DNA of 64,000 nucleotides from Nannocystales bacterium (GTDB lineage: Bacteria > Myxococcota_A > Polyangia > Nannocystales > Nannocystaceae): contig JBOEGF010000011.1 in NCBI GenBank assembly GCA_050633305.1, positions 235,946 to 299,945 on the forward strand, given 5' to 3'. Below are positions 9,376 through 19,331 of the stretch, one piece after another. The translations under genes and the position numbers were made by a program. Every line of letters starts with the position of its first letter. Positions within the stretch are counted from its first letter, which is position 1. The notes under the pieces were generated by a model. The model did no database searches. It worked only from the letters and a program-made list of their open reading frames with translations, and was not told where the DNA came from.

Positions 9376-12300
9376 TCAGCCCCGGAGCACGCGCTCACGG
9401 GTCTGCAGGTGGTCGTCGCTGAGCATCCAGGCCATCAGGTCTCGGGCCAGCTTCGAGCGTCCGACACGCTGCTTGAGGGCGCCTCCCACGACACCATCGA
9501 GCAGGCAGGCGGCGGAGAGAACCGGGCCGGGGCTCCCCATCAGCACTGCCGCGACGCGGAGGTCGGTGGCGGTCGTTGCCCGAGCCGTCACGCCCGCATC
9601 GAACGCATGGCTCGCCAATGCCTGGCAGGCGCCTTCAACCGCTTTGCGCTGCCGGCGAGGCAGTGTGTTGCGAAGGCTGCCGACGACGGCGCGAAGTCGC
9701 TGCGGGTCGGGTTCGGCCGTCGTCGGGTTGAACACGTCGACGACCTCGAAGCACGCGGTGACCAACAGATCCAAGTTGGGTGGTGACAACGAGCGTGAGC
9801 GGCTCGCGAGGAGCAGGTTGCGGGACGCCGCGATTGCGATCAGCCCGTGCCATGCGACCGACTCCCCCTGAAGCCAAAGGTTGGCCCCCAGGCGAACAGT
9901 GCAAAGCGGGTCTTGGATGAGCAGCGCGGAGTTGTGGGTGCGCGAGCCGACCAGTCGCGGGGGACGCAGTCCCAAGGCGTCGCCGAGCTGCCGCGCCCAG
10001 ACCTGGAGGCCCGCCGTGTCGATGCCGGTCGGGAGGGGGTCGGACTTGTCGGGATCGATGTCGGGGAACTCGCGCGGAAGCCGGGCGACGACAGGGTCGA
10101 GGGCTTGCAGGAGGGCGTGGAGGGCCGGCGGTTCGCCCTCGGCCAGCAGGGCACGGCGGCGGGCCGCATCGTTGAGCACGCTCTGCAGGGTCGGAATGTC
10201 CGCCAGCGTCGGCGTCGGGAGCTGGGACTCCGTCGCGGGATCGAGACACAGCATCAAGTCGCGGGCAACGCGGGACAGGGTCTCGTTGCGCGGCGCGGCG
10301 ACCTTGCCCAGGAGGTTGAGGTCTCGCAGGGAGATGGCACCGCGGCCGATGTTCGCGGCGAGCGCGGAGCGGACCGGGGCGAGGTAGGTCGCAACACGAT
10401 CGGTGTCTCCAACCTTCGAGAGCTGATCGATCAGGAGCGTGATCGTGTCCCGGTTGCCTGGAGACAGGGCGGCTGCACGTTCGACCGCCGACAGTGCGGC
10501 CCGGTCTCCGCCCGGCGTGCCTGCGACGAGCTTGGCCTTGCGGAGATAGAGGTCGTGCAGACGCTGACGGTCGCGTTCGCGGCCGATGATCCGATCGATG
10601 AGGGCAGCGGCCTCGCCCGGCTTCTTGGCGCGCTCGAGCAGATCGACCATCAGGCCCACCGCTCGTGGGTCGTCGGGGCGGGCTTGCAACACCACGTTCC
10701 CGTGGTGGAGCGCGCGGGGGAGCGTTTCGGGCTTTGCGCTGAGGAAGTTGGCCAACCCCATGCGCAGGTCCACGGCGGACGGCTCGCCCGGCTCGAACAG
10801 GTCGAGAAGCTTTTCGGTGGCGTTGGCCGCCCGAGGATCATCGCCCATCTTGCGATAGGTGTTCACCAGACCGCGAAGCGCACGTCGTCCTGTGGGCTTG
10901 GCCGACGAGGCGGCGTTGAAGTACGACGCAGCCTCGGCCGTGTTCGTCGCGTTCTCGCCCAAGAACAGGCCGACTTCGTAGCGCAGGTCGGCCTCGGCGA
11001 TCCCTGCAAACGCCTGACGGAGGAGATCGAGGACCGGCGCGGCGTCTCCGGGGTGATTGGCCAGCGTACGCGCGAGCCCGATCGCGTCCCGGTTTTGGGG
11101 ATCCCGTTCGAACAGCTCGGCGAGCCGAGCCAGGGCGTTCTTCCGCGCGCCTTCGTCCCCGCGACCCGCCTTGACGACGGCATCCCGCGCGTCGGCGACG
11201 AGCACGTGAATCGAGGTCCGGGTCTGCGTCGCCGCGGAGGCTCGACGCTTCTCGCTGGAGGTCCGTTGCAGACCAAGCTCCGCCGGGGCGAGGTTGGGCA
11301 AGGCACTCTTGGCGGCGAGGTAGGCCCGACGTGCCTGGCTCCACGCGCCCACGCGCTCGAGCAGCTCGGCGCTCTCGACGTAGAAAATCGCCCGCTCTGC
11401 GTCCGACTGGGCCCGGACAGCCCGCGCACTGACGGCGTCTTTGATCGCAAACGGGGAGGCTGGCTCGCTGAGAAGCCGCTCCAGGTGACGGACCGCGTAG
11501 GGGTTGCCGGGGTCGACCTGAAGCGCGGAGAGGATGGCCTCGCCGGCGAGTCCGCGGTCTTCCACTTCGGATGCGGAGAGGAGCAGCTCCGCCGCCTCGA
11601 CGAGCAGCGTCGCCTGCAGGTGGGTGTCTTTCGTGTCTTTGGACGCACGCAGGTGCAGCGCGGGCAGGGATGTTCGGTCCCCCACCATGCGCAGCAACCC
11701 CTGCAGCTCGTGGCGAACGATCGGATCGTCGGGCAATTCGGACAGGGCGTCCTCGTAGGCCTTTCGGGCGCCCGCAGTGTCTCCACTCGAGGCCCTCAGG
11801 CGGGCGAGGTGGACGAGGTGGGTCGCACGAGCTCCATCCGCGTTGGCCGTGATGGCGCGCTCGAGCAGCCGCCCGACGTTGCCGGAGTCGTGATACGTGA
11901 CCAACAGGCGACGCGACCGCTCGTAGGCGAGTCCGTGGTCGGGCTGCTGGTTGAGCGCGGCGCGATAGTGCTGGAGTGCCGCGTTCTCGAGCGCCGAAGG
12001 AGGCCCGCGTTTTCCGGTGCCCTTCTGCTGGCGCGCGCTGGCCTCGGCGAGAAGCCCGAGGCGGTAGTGATAGTCGGCGCACAGGGCCGTGCTGGCGGGC
12101 GGTTCAACCGAGCGCAGCAGGTCGTAGGCCTTGTTGATCTGCCCGGTCGCCGTGAGCATCTGAAGCAGGAGCTCACGGGCGGGAACCAGGTCGGGGTGGG
12201 TCTCGTAGGCCTTGCGCAGCGACTCGATCGCGCGCTGGGCATCGCCGAGTTCCTCGAAGCAGACGCGCCCGGCCTTCAAGGAGAGCACGGCGGGGTCGGT

Positions 12301-14379
12301 GACGGTGTCCAGCTCGGGGTCGAGCAGTCGCACCAGGTCGTCGAGGTCGCCGTTGTCTCGGTAGAGCCGGCTGAGGGCTCGTAGGGCGGGCGTATAGCCG
12401 GGCGTCATCGCCAGTGCGCGCTCGTAGCACTCTCGGGCCGCGGTGCGTTGCTTGAGCTGGAGCTCCTGCACCTCACCGAGCTCCACGAGCAGGGCCGTCC
12501 GAGCGACGTCGTCGTCGATGCGTTCGACGAGCATCTGTAGGGCGGTGATCAGAACCGTGGGGCGGCGCGCCTTCCGGCACAGCGTCGCCAGCTGGTACAG
12601 CGTCAGCAGGTCCTCGGGGTCGAGGGATGCGACCTCTTGGAGCGCGGAGATGGCGAGGTCGATGTCGCTGAGCTCTTGCTCCGCGAGGGAGGCGACGCGA
12701 CGCAGCGCCGCAAGTCGCTCCGGCTCATCGGTGCTCTCTCGAGCCTGCCGGCGTAGGGCCTCGACCGCCTGCGGCCACCGCCGCATCTTCTCGTAAACCC
12801 GGCCGAGCGCTCGCAGACAGTTCGGGTTGTCCGGGTCTTCGGCCACCGCGAGCTCGTAGACCTCGGCCGCCCGCGGGAGGTCCCGGCGCAGGGACTCATG
12901 GACCTCCCCGAGTCGCAGCAGGATCGCGGCGCGCCCAGGACCGGCGGATTGGGCTCGGGCCCACTCTTGGAGGTGGGTGACGAGCGAGGCGGGGTTTTGC
13001 CGGTACTCCAGCACCTCTGCCATCGCCTGCTGCACCCATCGGTGCTCAGGAAGCCGCGCGAGGCAGAACGCCAGCCCAGCTTCAAGCTTCTCCGCGACGC
13101 TGCCCAGATGGGCGAGTTCCTCTTCTGAAACGGAAACGTCCTTGCCGGCGTGCGGCTTGGGCCAGTCGGGGTTTTGGGCCTTGAGCGTCTCGAGATGGAC
13201 GCGGGCGAGTCGTTCCTGAACGAGGGCTTGCTCGCGCGGGTCGTCCAGCGCTGCGGCGAGCTTCGGCAGGACGTTCTCGTGGTCCAGCGAGTTCTGCTCG
13301 TCGGCCCCCCACGCCTGCTGCTCGACGTACAGCGCGACTTCAGCCAGCGGTGCGAGGACCTCGGCAGCGTCCTTGGCCTGATCGGCAGACTCGGTGAGCT
13401 CGATGATGAGGTCGTCGACGGGGGCGTTGGTCTCCGCCCGAGCCAAGAACGCCAAGTGGCGGGCGACGCTGGATGAGACGGGGTCCGAGGTGATCGAGGC
13501 GAGCTGGTGGTACAGCTCTCCGAGATTGGTCGCATCGCCAGCGGCCGCGGCCACGCGAGCGAGCTGACGCAGCGCCGTGTCTTGATTCGGATCCGCGGCG
13601 AGGGCTTGCTCGAGCAGGGGCCGCTGTTCGTCGGCATCGGCCGCGAGCGACGCGAGATCGAGCAGAATACTCGCCCGGTGCGGCCCGGAACCGGATTGCT
13701 CGGCGACCGCGCTCAGATACGTTCGCGCCTTGGCCGTCTCGTTCAGATGCAGGGCCCGCTCGGCCGCGAGCTGAAGCGCGACCGGGTGGGTGGGGACGAG
13801 CTCGAGAGCCGCTTCGTACGCCTGAAGAGCTTTCGCGTGGGCGGAGGTTCGCTCCTCGCAAAGCTGTCCGAACTCGACCCAAGCGGCCGCACGGACTCGT
13901 GGAGGCGTGCCGGTGTCCTTGCCCTGCGACTCGAGCTCGGCCAGTTCTCGTGCCAGCGAGCTGTGGTGTCGGGACGGATCTCCGCCGTCGTCGTCATCGT
14001 CGAGGAGGCTGGTGGCGAGGTCGGACTCGGCCCGCCGCAGCAGCAACTCGCCTTCCTCGCGGCGTCCGAGTCGCTCGAGGAGGAGGCGGCCCGCCTCGAA
14101 CAACATCGCGGAGCGAAGCTCCGGGTTCTTGACGTGCTGACTCTCGGCGGCAAGCTCTTCGGCCAGGTCTTGCCACGACTCGGCGGCGCCCAACGGCGCC
14201 GAGGTCGAAAGCAGGCTGGAGTGCAGGCCCGAGGTCATCTTCCACAGCCGGGAAGGGTCTTCGTCGAGGCTGGGAGGCGGCGCCGTGCCGTCGAGCTCTT
14301 CGACCAGATGGGTGAGGTCGAGGACGTCGCCCTCCGAGGAGCGGCCGCGCCTGCGGGTCGTCTGGCGGAGGTCGGTCAC
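9376..14379 (-). CDS. Giant TPR-repeat protein (AgmK-like architecture), 1667 aa
   Basis: Many TPR-like units (A..YE.AL...P....AL..L.R.Y); C-terminal SDDHLQTRERVL; GTGA overlap with upstream gene. Confidence 0.85.
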   Translation of the reverse strand: MTDLRQTTRRRGRSSEGDVLDLTHLVEELDGTAPPPSLDEDPSRLWKMTSGLHSSLLSTSAPLGAAESWQDLAEELAAESQHVKNPELRSAMLFEAGRLLLERLGRREEGELLLRRAESDLATSLLDDDDDGGDPSRHHSSLARELAELESQGKDTGTPPRVRAAAWVEFGQLCEERTSAHAKALQAYEAALELVPTHPVALQLAAERALHLNETAKARTYLSAVAEQSGSGPHRASILLDLASLAADADEQRPLLEQALAADPNQDTALRQLARVAAAAGDATNLGELYHQLASITSDPVSSSVARHLAFLARAETNAPVDDLIIELTESADQAKDAAEVLAPLAEVALYVEQQAWGADEQNSLDHENVLPKLAAALDDPREQALVQERLARVHLETLKAQNPDWPKPHAGKDVSVSEEELAHLGSVAEKLEAGLAFCLARLPEHRWVQQAMAEVLEYRQNPASLVTHLQEWARAQSAGPGRAAILLRLGEVHESLRRDLPRAAEVYELAVAEDPDNPNCLRALGRVYEKMRRWPQAVEALRRQARESTDEPERLAALRRVASLAEQELSDIDLAISALQEVASLDPEDLLTLYQLATLCRKARRPTVLITALQMLVERIDDDVARTALLVELGEVQELQLKQRTAARECYERALAMTPGYTPALRALSRLYRDNGDLDDLVRLLDPELDTVTDPAVLSLKAGRVCFEELGDAQRAIESLRKAYETHPDLVPARELLLQMLTATGQINKAYDLLRSVEPPASTALCADYHYRLGLLAEASARQQKGTGKRGPPSALENAALQHYRAALNQQPDHGLAYERSRRLLVTYHDSGNVGRLLERAITANADGARATHLVHLARLRASSGDTAGARKAYEDALSELPDDPIVRHELQGLLRMVGDRTSLPALHLRASKDTKDTHLQATLLVEAAELLLSASEVEDRGLAGEAILSALQVDPGNPYAVRHLERLLSEPASPFAIKDAVSARAVRAQSDAERAIFYVESAELLERVGAWSQARRAYLAAKSALPNLAPAELGLQRTSSEKRRASAATQTRTSIHVLVADARDAVVKAGRGDEGARKNALARLAELFERDPQNRDAIGLARTLANHPGDAAPVLDLLRQAFAGIAEADLRYEVGLFLGENATNTAEAASYFNAASSAKPTGRRALRGLVNTYRKMGDDPRAANATEKLLDLFEPGEPSAVDLRMGLANFLSAKPETLPRALHHGNVVLQARPDDPRAVGLMVDLLERAKKPGEAAALIDRIIGRERDRQRLHDLYLRKAKLVAGTPGGDRAALSAVERAAALSPGNRDTITLLIDQLSKVGDTDRVATYLAPVRSALAANIGRGAISLRDLNLLGKVAAPRNETLSRVARDLMLCLDPATESQLPTPTLADIPTLQSVLNDAARRRALLAEGEPPALHALLQALDPVVARLPREFPDIDPDKSDPLPTGIDTAGLQVWARQLGDALGLRPPRLVGSRTHNSALLIQDPLCTVRLGANLWLQGESVAWHGLIAIAASRNLLLASRSRSLSPPNLDLLVTACFEVVDVFNPTTAEPDPQRLRAVVGSLRNTLPRRQRKAVEGACQALASHAFDAGVTARATTATDLRVAAVLMGSPGPVLSAACLLDGVVGGALKQRVGRSKLARDLMAWMLSDDHLQTRERVLRG

Positions 14380-17300
14380 GATGCGTCTCCGAGGTGGTAG
14401 CCCAGCGCGCGCCGGAGGGTGAGGTGGTCGTCAGAGACCAAGTAGCTGATCAGCGCGCGGACGCGGACCAGAGGTCCCTCCGCCAACCCGATGGCGAGGG
14501 CAGGGCGAGGGTCGCCGGCGCTCGCAGCACCTGCGCGGTCTTGGCCCGCTGTGAAGCCGGCCCGGAGCCGGGATGGGTAGAACCGGTCTCCGTTGCTGGC
14601 GAAAGCCCGGGCAAAGTCGACCAGGTCTTCGAGGGACTCCTCGTCCGGGAGGTTCGAGGCAAGGACCTCGGCGAGCGCCGGGTCGAAGGCGTCCTTGAAC
14701 CGATCGATGGCCAGGAGGTGGTCCACGTTCTGTCCCGTCGCGTGGCACAGCGCCAGCACGAGCGTGAGGAGTTGCTCGTCGGTGGTGTGCTGGTGGACCG
14801 CGTCTCCCCCCGTCGCGAGCCGAAACAGGGCTCGCCCCAGTGTGTCTCGTACGTTGGGGTCGGCCGGGTTGGCGGCGACACGACGTCCCACCATCAGGCA
14901 CGGGGCGGGCTCGAGTGAGGTTTGCACTCCGCCATCGACCGTGTCGTCGAAGAAGACCAGCGGCGTTGGCAGGCCGAGTGCGCGGGCGATCGATTGGGCG
15001 ACCATGACCACCGCGTTGTTTGCGGGGAGGGCGTCGGAGGGGCGCCGGGGTCGAGCCGCGGGGTTGAAGGGGAGCTTGCCGAAGTAGTAGGCGCCTTCGC
15101 GCAGCAGGTCGAGCGCGCCGGACTGATCGAGGTCCGCCGCAATGGCTTCGAGCGGGCGGCCCTCTTGTGCAGAGGGCAGGGGCCATCGTTCCGCCTGGAA
15201 GTCGTCGGGGCGTGTCCCAGGTTCGAGGCCGTCGGGGCTGAGCGCCTCGAGCACGCACGCGGTCAGGTAGACCCCGCTCGCGTCGTCGACCGCCGAGAAA
15301 AGACGACGCAGGCCCTCGAGCGGAGCGCTGTCGAGCGCATCGGGGTTTCCGGCGCGCAGCCAGGATCGATGGTGCGCGATGCCTGCGAGCAGGACGGCGT
15401 TGCCTTCGTCGGGTCGTTCGAGCGACCCGAGCAAGTCGCGAAGTTCCTCGATCACCGCGGTGTCGGTGGGCGAGAGCTGCAGCAGGTCTCGCAGGAGTTC
15501 GACCGCGCGCTGAGGTTGGTCGAGCGGGCCACGATGAAGCCGCGCGAGCGCGTGCAGGGCCTTGGAGCGGGCGCGGCCGTTGGTCGCTTCGACGAGGAGC
15601 TCGAGGGCCTCTGCGTGGGCTTCGGGCAGGTCCGAACTCGCGGCCATGCGAACTGCGGCTCCGAGCGCGTGAGCGGAGTGGAACCCGCCCCGGCCGGCCT
15701 CCACGAAGTGTCGAACGGCATCGGGCAACTCGCCGGTTCGCTCATACGCTTCACCGGCGTAGTAGTGCAGGGCGGCCCGGCGTTCGGGCGAGGGTTCATG
15801 CTCGAGCGAGCCCTCCAGGGCTTCGACCACGGATGGCCAGTCGCCGGCCTGGGCGTGGGCCTGGGCGAGATCCGCGAGCAGTCCGGCATCGGCTTCGACA
15901 CCGGGCAGGGACGCTTCGAGGAGTGCGATCGTGGCTTGTGGGCCGTCGACCTCGGCGCTGAGCTGCCCGATCTCACGTAGGGTCCTCGCGTCGAGTTCTC
16001 CGCGCTCCTTGAGGGCCTCCACGCACAGCGGCAGGACCTTGGACAGCGACGGCGCGCCGTCGAGCCCGTGGGATTTTCGGGTTCGGATCAAGCCGCGCAA
16101 CGCCCGAGTCGAGTGGGCGTCGGACTCGGCGGCTGCGCTGAACAGTCCCCACGCCCGCGGGTTGGGGGTCCCGTTCTTCACCCCGTGCAGGGCCAGGGTT
16201 CCCGCGCGGCACAGGCATGCCGCCGCATGTTTGGGCTCGACCGCGCGACGGGCAAGCTCTTCGAGGGCTTCGGTCGCGGCCGTCAGGGCTTCATCGTTGC
16301 CGATGCGCTCCAAAAGCCGCGCGCGCGCGTGGAGGGCTGGCGAGTACTCGGCGTTGGCTTCCAGGGCGCGGTCGACCAGCCCGAGGGCGGCAGCGAGGTC
16401 GAGACGACGCTCGTGCAACTCGGCGGCCATGTTGAGGAGTGCGGCTCTTGCCGGACCCTCCGCGGCTTCGGCCCGCGTCATCAGATCATCGAGATCCCGT
16501 CCCTCGGCGAGCTCGCGTTTGCGGGAGGCGATCCGCTTGCGCCCGCGCTGTGCGAGGACCTCGCCTGGGTTGTCGTCGAGGACCCGCGCGTAGGCTTGGT
16601 CCGCCTCATCGAGGTTGCCGGCGGCCTCTTCGGCTCGAGCGGCTCGGTAGCGGAGCGCCAACTCGACCGCGGCGGCGCTGGAGCCTGCAGTCTCGTGGCT
16701 GCCCTCGTTTTCATTGTGGGCAGCGGCGACCTTGGCCGCAGCCGCGAGCGCACCGGCTTGCCGCGACGGACGGGCGGCCTTCTGACTCGCCCGTGCCAAG
16801 CGCAGCTGCGCGAGGATGTCGGTTGGATCGGTGTCCACCAGCGGCCCGAGATACTGCAGGGCGACGATGGGGCTGGGTGCGATGTCGGCGAGCTGGAGGG
16901 CCATCGCGCGGCGGTTGGAGGTCCCGCGCTCGTCGTTGAGCCCCGCTTCGGCGAAGGCCTGGAGTTCGGCGAGCCGGCCTCCCTCTTCGTACATTCGCAG
17001 CAATTGTGCCCGAGCGACGCCCAGCTGCGGCCACAGTTCCAGCGCCCGAACGAGGTCGCGAATCGCTCGCGGTGTGTCGCCGTTTCTGGCGCGAATCCGA
17101 GCCGCACGGTGCAGCAACAGCGCGCGGGTCCGAGGACCGCCGACGGCACCGATGTGCTGCTCAAGCAGGCTCAGCTGTAGCTCGTGAAGACCCAGACGCG
17201 TCGCAATTCGCTCGGCCGCATGCAAGGCCGGGAGGTGCCGGGGCCATCGGCGGAGCAGGGCTTGCAGCTCTTCGAGCGCATCCTGGTCGCGTCCGAGCCG

Positions 17301-19151
17301 ACTCGAAAGGAGATTGGCCACCTCGAGCTGCAAACCGACCTGGCGCGTCCGGTCGTTGGCATACAGCAACTCCTTTCGCATCAAGTCGACGAGGCTGTCC
17401 CAGTCCTCGGTCTCGCGCAGCAGACGGCCGAGTGCTTCGAGACTCGGCAAGTGGTCATCGACCGCTTCGAGTGCGCCCTCGAACAAGCTTCGCGCCCGAG
17501 TGGTGTCCCCTTCAGATAGGGCGAGCTCTCCTGCCCTGTGCATGAGCTTGGCCCGCCGGGCCGGGGACTCGGTTTGGCCGATCTCCCGCTCGGTGACGGC
17601 GAGCAGTGCGTCGGTTCGGCCTGCGCGGGCCAAGAGTCGCGCAAGCAGCTGCATCGAGGGCTGCTTCTCCCGCTCCTCGAGGTTGGCCTGGAGGTGTGCG
17701 ATCGCCTCGGATGGATCCGAGTCCGCGGAGTGGAGTTGGCCCAGTGCCGAGCGTAGGAACGCGCGCCGCGAGGGGGTCTGCGACTGTTGCAGCTCCTCTG
17801 CGTAGTAGCGCTTGAGCCCGTCCGTGTCTCCGAGGTGGTGCAGGACGCGCTCCAACCGGTCTCGGGGCGGACGGAAGGAGGGCGCGACGGTTGTGGCTTC
17901 TCGGTATGCCTTCCGAGCACCCTCAAACTCGCCGAGCTGCTCTTCCATGAGCTGCCCACTGCGCAGGTGGCATTGGGCGAGCTCTTCTCGGGTCAGACCC
18001 GTCTCTCCGGCGGCGGAGATCTCCAGGTTGACGAACTCGAGCTGCTGCGACCACAGCTGGCCGGCATTGAGGTAACGGCCCGTGTCTTCGAGTGTTGGCG
18101 GGTGCCCGGGACTCAGCCGAAGCGCGCGGCGCATCGCGGCGAGACCTTCTTGGGGACGCTCGAGGCGATACAAGGCGAGCTTGCCTAGGCGGTAAAAAAG
18201 CTCGGCTCGAGCCGCGGGGTCGTTCTCGTCCCCGATCGCACGCAGCTGGCCGATGCACGCCTCGGCGGCGACCTCATAGCGACTGGTGGCCATCGCCAGC
18301 TCCTCGAGGTTCCGCCACAACGAGAAGTTGTGCGGAGCGGCTCGGGCTGCGCTGCGCAACAACTCCAAGGCCGCGCTGCGTTCTCGTTGCTCGCGCAGGA
18401 CGACAGAGGCGCGCGCGAGGGGCAGGGCACGGTGCGATTCTTCGCGCCCCTCCGCCTCGGCCTCCAGGGCGTGCAGCATCAAGGCCGCGTCCCCAGTCGC
18501 CTCCGCGATTCGGAACAAGTCCGTCGCCAAGACCGCGTGTGCTGGAAGTTGCTCGAGGGCATGCAGGAGCATGTCGCCGGCCAGCGCATGGTCTCCCTTG
18601 TGGCGTGCCTCGATGAGCGAGAGCTCGTGCAGCAAGCCCGCCACCGTCTTCTCGTCCTGGACGACCTCGAGCTGAGCTTCGAGGTTCTCGGCGAGCCAGA
18701 AGACGTCTCCGCGCCCGAGAAGGACCCGCTCGACCGAACGCAGGACGGCAAGATCGCGTGGGGTCGCTTTGAGAGCCGCCTGGTAACACTGCTGGGCGGC
18801 GCCGAGGTCGTGGAAGTGGGTCTCGACCAGTTGGCCGCGTTCGCGGTACAGCGCAGCGGCCTCTCGCGGGTGCCGCGTCGCGCGGATCTCTTGGTCGAGG
18901 TACATCACGGCCGAGCGGACGTCCCCGCGGTCGAGGTAGATGCGGTACAGAAGCCGCATCGCCGGCCGCAGATCCGGCACCATCTCGAGCGCATGCGCGA
19001 GTTGCCGGATGGCTTCGTCTCCCTCCCCCGAGAGCAACTGCCATCTCGCACAGGTCGTCGCCAATGCGGCGCGGAGCTGGGCCTGCGTCTTGGGCGTTCG
19101 TGACAACGCTTGCAGGACCTCAGCGAGAGGCATGGCTGGCCCGCCTTGCAT
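14376..19151 (-). CDS. Giant TPR-repeat protein (AgmK-like architecture), ~1590 aa
   Basis: Repeated TPR-like units; C-terminal SDDHLTLRRALG; alternative start ATG at 19133. Confidence 0.85.
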   Translation of the reverse strand: MQGGPAMPLAEVLQALSRTPKTQAQLRAALATTCARWQLLSGEGDEAIRQLAHALEMVPDLRPAMRLLYRIYLDRGDVRSAVMYLDQEIRATRHPREAAALYRERGQLVETHFHDLGAAQQCYQAALKATPRDLAVLRSVERVLLGRGDVFWLAENLEAQLEVVQDEKTVAGLLHELSLIEARHKGDHALAGDMLLHALEQLPAHAVLATDLFRIAEATGDAALMLHALEAEAEGREESHRALPLARASVVLREQRERSAALELLRSAARAAPHNFSLWRNLEELAMATSRYEVAAEACIGQLRAIGDENDPAARAELFYRLGKLALYRLERPQEGLAAMRRALRLSPGHPPTLEDTGRYLNAGQLWSQQLEFVNLEISAAGETGLTREELAQCHLRSGQLMEEQLGEFEGARKAYREATTVAPSFRPPRDRLERVLHHLGDTDGLKRYYAEELQQSQTPSRRAFLRSALGQLHSADSDPSEAIAHLQANLEEREKQPSMQLLARLLARAGRTDALLAVTEREIGQTESPARRAKLMHRAGELALSEGDTTRARSLFEGALEAVDDHLPSLEALGRLLRETEDWDSLVDLMRKELLYANDRTRQVGLQLEVANLLSSRLGRDQDALEELQALLRRWPRHLPALHAAERIATRLGLHELQLSLLEQHIGAVGGPRTRALLLHRAARIRARNGDTPRAIRDLVRALELWPQLGVARAQLLRMYEEGGRLAELQAFAEAGLNDERGTSNRRAMALQLADIAPSPIVALQYLGPLVDTDPTDILAQLRLARASQKAARPSRQAGALAAAAKVAAAHNENEGSHETAGSSAAAVELALRYRAARAEEAAGNLDEADQAYARVLDDNPGEVLAQRGRKRIASRKRELAEGRDLDDLMTRAEAAEGPARAALLNMAAELHERRLDLAAALGLVDRALEANAEYSPALHARARLLERIGNDEALTAATEALEELARRAVEPKHAAACLCRAGTLALHGVKNGTPNPRAWGLFSAAAESDAHSTRALRGLIRTRKSHGLDGAPSLSKVLPLCVEALKERGELDARTLREIGQLSAEVDGPQATIALLEASLPGVEADAGLLADLAQAHAQAGDWPSVVEALEGSLEHEPSPERRAALHYYAGEAYERTGELPDAVRHFVEAGRGGFHSAHALGAAVRMAASSDLPEAHAEALELLVEATNGRARSKALHALARLHRGPLDQPQRAVELLRDLLQLSPTDTAVIEELRDLLGSLERPDEGNAVLLAGIAHHRSWLRAGNPDALDSAPLEGLRRLFSAVDDASGVYLTACVLEALSPDGLEPGTRPDDFQAERWPLPSAQEGRPLEAIAADLDQSGALDLLREGAYYFGKLPFNPAARPRRPSDALPANNAVVMVAQSIARALGLPTPLVFFDDTVDGGVQTSLEPAPCLMVGRRVAANPADPNVRDTLGRALFRLATGGDAVHQHTTDEQLLTLVLALCHATGQNVDHLLAIDRFKDAFDPALAEVLASNLPDEESLEDLVDFARAFASNGDRFYPSRLRAGFTAGQDRAGAASAGDPRPALAIGLAEGPLVRVRALISYLVSDDHLTLRRALGYHLGDAS

Positions 19152-19236
19152 TCCGGGGGAGTCTACACGACGACGGCATCACAATGTCGCCTCGATACGC
19201 TCCTTGAGAACCGTGGGAGGTAGACGCACCTGCACG

Positions 19237-19265
19237 GATCATCGATCCGGATCCCACGTGGGATC
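19237..19265. promoter_or_regulatory. GATC cluster containing perfect 16-bp palindrome GATCCCACGTGGGATC
   Basis: GATC at 19237, 19244, 19250, 19262; palindrome 19250-19265, intergenic upstream of the TPR gene pair. Confidence 0.5.
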
Positions 19266-19331
19266 TCGGTATCGGCAGACCAGGCTGCGGTGTGCCGAGG
19301 CGGGCTGGGGAAGCCGTCGGGTCCGGCCGCT

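Noticed and set aside
9847..12384. 845-aa plus-strand ORF inside the giant TPR gene (similar cases at 40821-42827, 5581-7623, 593-2254, 36456-38189, 47576-49078)
   Set aside because: Antisense shadows of well-supported genes, with typical shadow composition
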